DNA of 54,676 bases, the filler included, from Basidiobolus ranarum (Eukaryota), in assembly GCA_040143965.1 (NCBI GenBank). It is 4 parts of 4 records of this genome, joined end to end, with 100 filler letters (N's around TTAATTAATTAA, not from the genome) between each part and the next. Parts side by side here need not be neighbours in the genome. Positions count along the whole stretch, not along the records: positions 41,116 to 54,676 come from JASJQH010000477.1; 3 more parts are not named here. One strand, written 5' to 3'. The notes below the pieces were generated by a model. It was not told the DNA's origin and made no database searches. It saw nothing but the letters and a program-made list of their open reading frames with translations. Within the stretch, counting starts at the first letter, position 1. Each line of letters starts with the position of its first letter. Position numbers and translations under genes: made by a program. This document shows positions 48,572-54,676 of the stretch, in pieces.

Positions 48572-51500
48572 ATGCTGTCGCACTTGAGACATTGTGGTCG
48601 AACAAGACCTGCAAATCTATTAAACCGTGGAAACACCACAAGTTTAAGCACAAGAGCAGCATTTCCCACCACTTCCTACCTTTCCCGAAAGAGATACTCG
48701 ACAGTACTTGAGGATAAATGTGAGTTTTTCCCCCAAGATTACTTTCTAAATCTTGAAACTAATCCCCGATTTCAATTTTACGTAGCCACTTTTGCTCCCG
48801 GGGCAGTTGTCAATGGCTTCAAGGTCGAAGAAGTTAGAGATGTCAAAGAATTCAATTTAACTGCTATTAGATTGAGACACGAGAAAACAGGCGCAGAGTA
48901 TTTACATCTGGCTCGCGACGATAGCAATAATGTTTTTAGGTAAGAATAATTATTTAGGCAGTAATTGAAATTTGATCACTAACTTTAGTATTTATTAGTG
49001 TCGGATTTTCCACTGCCCCAAGTGATAACACTGGCATCACACATATCTTGGTAAAGCAATATCCTCTGGACTATGAAAAATATTTCTTCTCAACTCGTAT
49101 CTATAGGAACATACAACACTTTGTGGCTCAGAGAAATTCCCTGTTCGAGATCCCTTTTTCAAGATGTTAAATCGATCAATGTCTACTTTTATGAATGCTT
49201 GGACAGGTATGAGATTTGACTTTTCAAATCGACCCGTCTAATATCCAATTCTAATCTTATTTATGTGTCAATAGCTAGCGATTATACTCAATATCCATTC
49301 GCCACTCAGAATCCTGCCGACTATGCTAATCTCCGTGATGTTTATATGGACGCAGTATTTGCTCCTAAATTACGTAAATTGGACTTTCTCCAGGAAGGAT
49401 GGCGTATCGAAAACGAGGACTTAAATAGTATGTGAAATGTAGAATTATGCAATTGTGGATTAACCTCTGATATTGATTGCAATTCTTATTAGATGCTAGT
49501 TCACCACTTACTTTTAAAGGTGTCGTTTATAACGAAATGAAAGGATCTTTGGTAATTTCCCTTGTATTGTATTTATTTAATTTTAGCCTGTTAACGTAAA
49601 GATTCTTAGTCGGATTCTGGTACCCTCTTTTATCATCGTGCCCAGCAAAGCATGTTCCCTGGTACTACATATGGATATGTGAGCGGTGGTGACCCTCAAT
49701 ACATAACAGATCTTACACATGAAGAACTTGTTCATTTTCATCAAAATCATTATCATCCAACAAACGCTAAATTCTTTTCATACGGTAATATTCTTTTGTA
49801 CCTTTAACCTAGTAGTCTTAATTTTAATATATTAACACTGTATTATTTCTAGGAAACTTCCCTTTGAAGAGCCAGCTCGAGTCTGTCAACAACAAAATCA
49901 GCCAATTCTCACCTATTGAAATTCAAGACCCCAACAAAATTGTTACACCTTTTACATCACCAAAGAAAGTTGTTGTCAACGGACCCTATGATACATGTAT
50001 GATGTTGACGCGAGTCTTCTACTTCTACTTCTCGTTATTAACTCTTATTCAACTTTAGTGGGAAATCCAGAAAAGCAGACTAAGATGTCAGTCTCATACT
50101 TGACTAATGATGCCACAGTATGTAGTTATCGCATTCAATGGTTTGAATGACCATCATCTAATATCAACTCGTTGGTTTTATGACAGAACGTATTTGAATC
50201 TTTCAGTATGAATATCTTGTCAGGATTACTTTTGGACGGTCCAGCTTCACCCATGTACAAAGCTCTCATCGACTCTAACCTTGGCTCTGAGTATTCCTCC
50301 AATACAGGATACAACACATCAACTAGGTAGGTCTTGTAGTTCTCTTTGTTGCTGTCGCATTGCTCAACTATATCAATATTTCAGAACAAGCTCTTTCAGT
50401 GTTGGATTACAGGGAATCAAATCGACCGATGTCGATACGGTAATTACCTTTTACCTTTCAGGTTTATTTTTTATTTCTAATCACGCATATGTATCTAGGT
50501 CGGAGATACAATCCAGCGAGTCTTGGAACAGGCTCATAAAGATGGGTTCAGCAAACGTAGAATTGATACCATTGTTCATCCCATCGAATTAGGCAACAAG
50601 CATGTAAGTGATAAAATCGACCATATTTTTATTACTATGAGCTAACATATAAATCTATGTTACGTTTTGAAAGAAAACTGCTAACTTTGGCTTGACCATT
50701 ATGCAAGCTGTGTCATCCAGCTGGTTCCATGGCAACAACCCTATTGATTTGTTAGAGATAGATCAGGTTTGTGGCAATTTTGATATTATTTCTCAGTTTT
50801 ATATATTGATCTTTTATTTCAGAGCCTTAAGCGAATCAAGGAGGAAGCTCCTCAAAAAGGATTCTTCGAGTCCAGAATTGAGAAATACTTCCTTAATAAT
50901 CCTCATAAACTTACATTTGTCATGGAGCCTGAAGCTAAATACAATGAGCAATTAATCGAAAATGAAGTTAAGCGCTTGACAAAGATTACTTCTACACTCA
51001 CTGACTCAGACAAAAAGCACATATTCCAACGTGGACTTGACTTGCGTGCTAGTCAAGAAACTGTTGAAGGTTATTACCTAATTATCATGAAATAATTCAT
51101 TGCAAAACTAATATTTCTTATCATTTTAAAGATATTTCATGTCTTCCTTCCTTGGCCCTATCTGATATCCCATTGAAGGGTGAGAGAACAGCCTTGGATC
51201 ATAGTGCCATCGATGAAGTCCCTGTTCAATGGCGTTCTACATCTACTAACGGAATTTCATACTTGCGTGCTATCAGCACACTGCGTGATATGCCCGAAGA
51301 GTTGAAGATTTACCTTCCTCTATTCTGTGACGTACGTTAATTTTTCCAATCTCGATTGATTTCACCTTTTTAACCTGGGTTTGCTATTCATATTAGTCAT
51401 TGACTTTCTTGGGAACCAAAGATAAATCAATGGCCGAAATTGATGAGGAGATTCGTCTCTACACAGGCGGAGTTTCTTTCTCCCATTTCCTCTCCTCCAA

Positions 51501-53059
51501 TCATTCAGGTATATTTTTATATATACGAGAACATATCTAGTTTTGCTTCTAACCATCTTCTTTTATAGATATTGATCAATTCGAAGAAGGAATTTCTTTC
51601 TCATCACACGCTCTCGATCAAAACATCCCCCAAATGTATGATATGGTTTTGAATCTTATCAACGAAACCAACTTCGAGAATGTTGACCGTCTCAAAACCT
51701 TGATTTTAAGTGTAAATATCTTCGAATCATTTAGTGGTATATATATTGTTTATCAAACTAAAAACTATTGTTAGAATTCTTCTTCACTTCTAAACTCAAT
51801 TCCGGACTCGGGCCATGTCTTTGCGAGAGTTTTTGCATCTTCCACTCTGAGCCCTACAATGGTACAAACATGCTATTATTTATTATCCGTTTAGTCTTTC
51901 TAATACTTTATTATTAGAAAATGTCTGAGATTTCGAGCGGTTTAACTCAGGTTGAACTTGCAAGCAAACTTGCAAACAATTTGGATAATATCAATGATGT
52001 TGTAGAAAAACTCAAGGTATAGTTTCATTCTCTCTGCTTATGCGTACTGAGACTTTCATTGTTATTAATTCTCGAATTTCTCTAGGCGATTCAATCATTT
52101 GTTTTCAACAAAGCATCTCTTCGGGTTGCAGTTAATGGCACAGAAGAAGCATTAGGTCACAATCAAAAACACCTCAAGAATTTCCTACAAGGACTTGGAT
52201 CAAGCAGTACCAGTGGCTTAGAAAGCACTGTAAGAAAGTCTATATTCAATCGTTCGTTTGCATAATTGGTACTCATTGTCCCATTTAGTCTACCTTTAGC
52301 CCGGAGTATCGTAAATCTTTTATCCCACTCCCCTTCAGTACAAATTTTGCTGCTAAATGTCTCAAGACTGTACCATATACTCATGAAGATAGCGCTAAAT
52401 TAACAGTAAGCACTTTTGACGTTTCTTAGCTGTAGCAGTTATTTATTTTATAATCTAGATTCTTGGCAACTTGATGACACATCGCTACTTGCATCGTGAG
52501 ATCCGTGAAAAGAACGGTGCTTATGGTGGTGGTGCAGGATATGCGGCCAATACGGGTATTTTCTCCTTCTTCTCGTAGCGCGACCCTGCCCCTTTCAACA
52601 CTATCGAGACTTATAATAAGTCAATTGACTGGGTTATGGGCAACAAATTTAACGACGAGGTAAAATTCCTAGTATTAATAATGATGAGATCAATGCAATA
52701 GAAACTAATCCAATAATGTAGGAGTTAACCGAGGCTAAGCTGTCTATTTTCGGGAAAATGGATGCACCAGTAAGTGCCTCTCAAGAGGGTATGACCTACT
52801 TTACTACCGGGCTCTCCGATGATATGAGACAGAAGTAAGCAAAAAATTTTTAGTTTTCTTCGTGAAATCATGTTAACATTATACGATTATTAGGCGTCGT
52901 GAAGCGTTACTCAGTGTTACCTCCAACGATGTTAAAGAGGCAGCTGAAAAATACCTCAAGGGACATATGAGTAATTCTTCTATCGCAGTTTTAGGTGAAC
53001 CTAATGAAACCATTTCTCAGAACCCTGACTGGGATGTCAAAAATCTTGGTACCTACTAG
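48572..53059 (+). CDS. CYM1: Mitochondrial presequence protease (M16C, Cym1/PreP), about 20 introns; contains an in-frame TAG at 52576-52578
   Basis: [47 protein letters not shown] (HxxEH), [47 protein letters not shown]; natural stop TAG 53057-53059. Confidence 0.93.
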
Positions 53060-54119
53060 ACAAGTAATGATCATTAATCATTGATTTTTTGATTACCATT
53101 TCATTTCTTTGCATTTGTCATTGTTCATCCACATTCTTGAAAAAAGAAAGATTAAGATTTGTCTACAGAACTCATTAAATACGTATGTTTAATACACCAA
53201 ATTACTTGTTGAAATCAACATAAATATTGAAATTTACGTTAACTTTACTTTTATACATTAATTTGACTTCCTACTGATGAAAGTACATTACACTTTTATT
53301 CGAGATGGTGATCAGAAGGATTGCAAGAACGAATTTATCCCCAATGCGGCTATAATAGTATCTGAGTTTTGATTTGACGAATCGTATCAAATATTTTTCC
53401 ACAGACTGTAACTGCATCTAAAACATCCTGATCGAAAGAGAAGTACAAAGCCTACTCGCCCATATACCCAAGTTGTGCCGTGATGAACTAATGGTAATAA
53501 GGTTACAGTCTAGATTCAAATGACTCCGCCTAAGATATTGTTAGATCCGAATGGAATCACCCTTGTGGAGCGGCGATATATGTATTTGGAATACCGCTTC
53601 GCAGATTTTAATGTAATACTCCATACATTCAATATGTATATCGAAAGTTAAAAATTCAAACGATATTGCTAACTGAGTTTGTTATCACTTCTAATACTGA
53701 GCAAGGCCTCAGCAGTTTAACGAATACTTCTGTTAGCATATATTAGCACTTAAAGGTTTTCTTGAAATAAATTTGAATCTTAAACTTGGATCATTCATTT
53801 CGCTCTAATTTCGCATTTCCCAAAGTATAGTTTATGGGATCTAGTTCTTTGACACATATCTACATTAGTATTATGATTTTAACCATTTATGGAAAACTTG
53901 ATTACAATCTGGTTTTGATAAAGAAAGTGAGGCTGACATCACTTACGGCATGTCTTATTCCATACAGGGCCTAACAGAGTAGGATGAATTCATAGAACTT
54001 TAAAGGCCAGTACTTCGGAGAAATACTCATTTAGATAATTCAATAGTGAAAGAACCTATAAATACCAGACTCATTGAAATAAATTCATTTTCAACCAAGT
54101 ACTTTCAACATTCACTACC

Positions 54120-54676
54120 ATGTCGTCGGCTGATGATTTAGCTTTCATTAAATCCTGGGTCAATACTAGGGCTGAAGAGTTTAACAGTATTAAGCCTCCA
54201 AAGCCTCCACGGAAACCGCGTCGTAGAACAAACAAAACCCAACAGTCTTTGCTCGAGAGTGCTTTCCAGGATAATAGGCGTCCCAATACGGCCGCTAAAG
54301 AGTTACTAGCCCGGAAGTTAGGGATGGATGTCAGAACTGTACAAATATGGTTTCAAAACAGACGTCAAACACTAAGAAAGAAGAAGCTTGAGCCCATCAT
54401 TGTTCCCCAGAACTCTGAAAATAGTGATGAAAAGCAATGCAAAGGTAAGCGAGAATACACCGTCTTGAAGTTGGATTACAAGATCCCTAAGCGCTCCCAG
54501 ACTCTATGGCACGACGAATCAAGTGCTTTTAATGAAAAGAGCGAGAGTACTGAATATCAACTCCCTCAACCCATGACTTCACCTGAAGCTGAATCAAACA
54601 AGATTGACGCGGCTTATCCTGCGGGAGCCAACCGAGAGATAAAGGCAATGTTTCCACGAGCATCTGGGATTGACCT
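54120..54676 (+). CDS. Homeodomain transcription factor, 5' part (runs off window); absent from the ORF track
   Basis: MSSADDLAFIKSW...PRKPRRRTNKTQQSLLESAFQDNRRPNTAAKELLARKLGMDVRTVQIWFQNRRQTLRKK. Confidence 0.9.
   Translation, partial: MSSADDLAFIKSWVNTRAEEFNSIKPPKPPRKPRRRTNKTQQSLLESAFQDNRRPNTAAKELLARKLGMDVRTVQIWFQNRRQTLRKKKLEPIIVPQNSENSDEKQCKGKREYTVLKLDYKIPKRSQTLWHDESSAFNEKSESTEYQLPQPMTSPEAESNKIDAAYPAGANREIKAMFPRASGID

Noticed and set aside
52556-52578. 23-nt micro-intron removing the Cym1 TAG; also genome-wide TAG reassignment
   Set aside because: Removing 23 nt shifts the frame and is far shorter than the other introns. TAG terminates the chitinase, paralogue D and Cym1 itself at expected positions.

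Overview
AT-rich eukaryotic (fungal) genomic DNA with short GT-AG introns. Gene content and style suggest an early-diverging fungus (Zoopagomycota/Mucoromycota, Basidiobolus-like; this is inference). The window is not contiguous: it is four contigs of decreasing length (1-13616, 13717-27325, 27426-41015, 41116-54676) joined by identical 100-nt N/TTAATTAATTAA/N spacers. Contig 1: homoisocitrate dehydrogenase, Vps68, SAM synthetase, homeodomain factor. Contig 2: a giant protein with five group-II-like NDK domains, a CorA Mg transporter, 5' part of Pol III RPC2. Contig 3: 3' end of a Gly/Asp/Tyr/His repeat protein, GH18 chitinase with CBM5/12, ethanolamine/choline kinase, and a tandem array of four secreted proteins with a CFEM-like 8-Cys domain. 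Contig 4: DUF1688, YccF-like, 7TM-RGS, Rid-family, Cym1/PreP (with an in-frame TAG) and a second homeodomain gene. Best candidates for undescribed biology: (1) the four-gene CFEM-like array, with chitin-tethered and GPI-like members that all keep a PacC/Rim101-type TGCCAAGAA box at about the same promoter position; (2) the five-NDK-domain protein; (3) a cluster of four GGAC (DRACH) motifs in the SAM synthetase 3' UTR; (4) the Gly/Asp/Tyr/His repeat protein; (5) the TAG at a conserved Tyr in Cym1.
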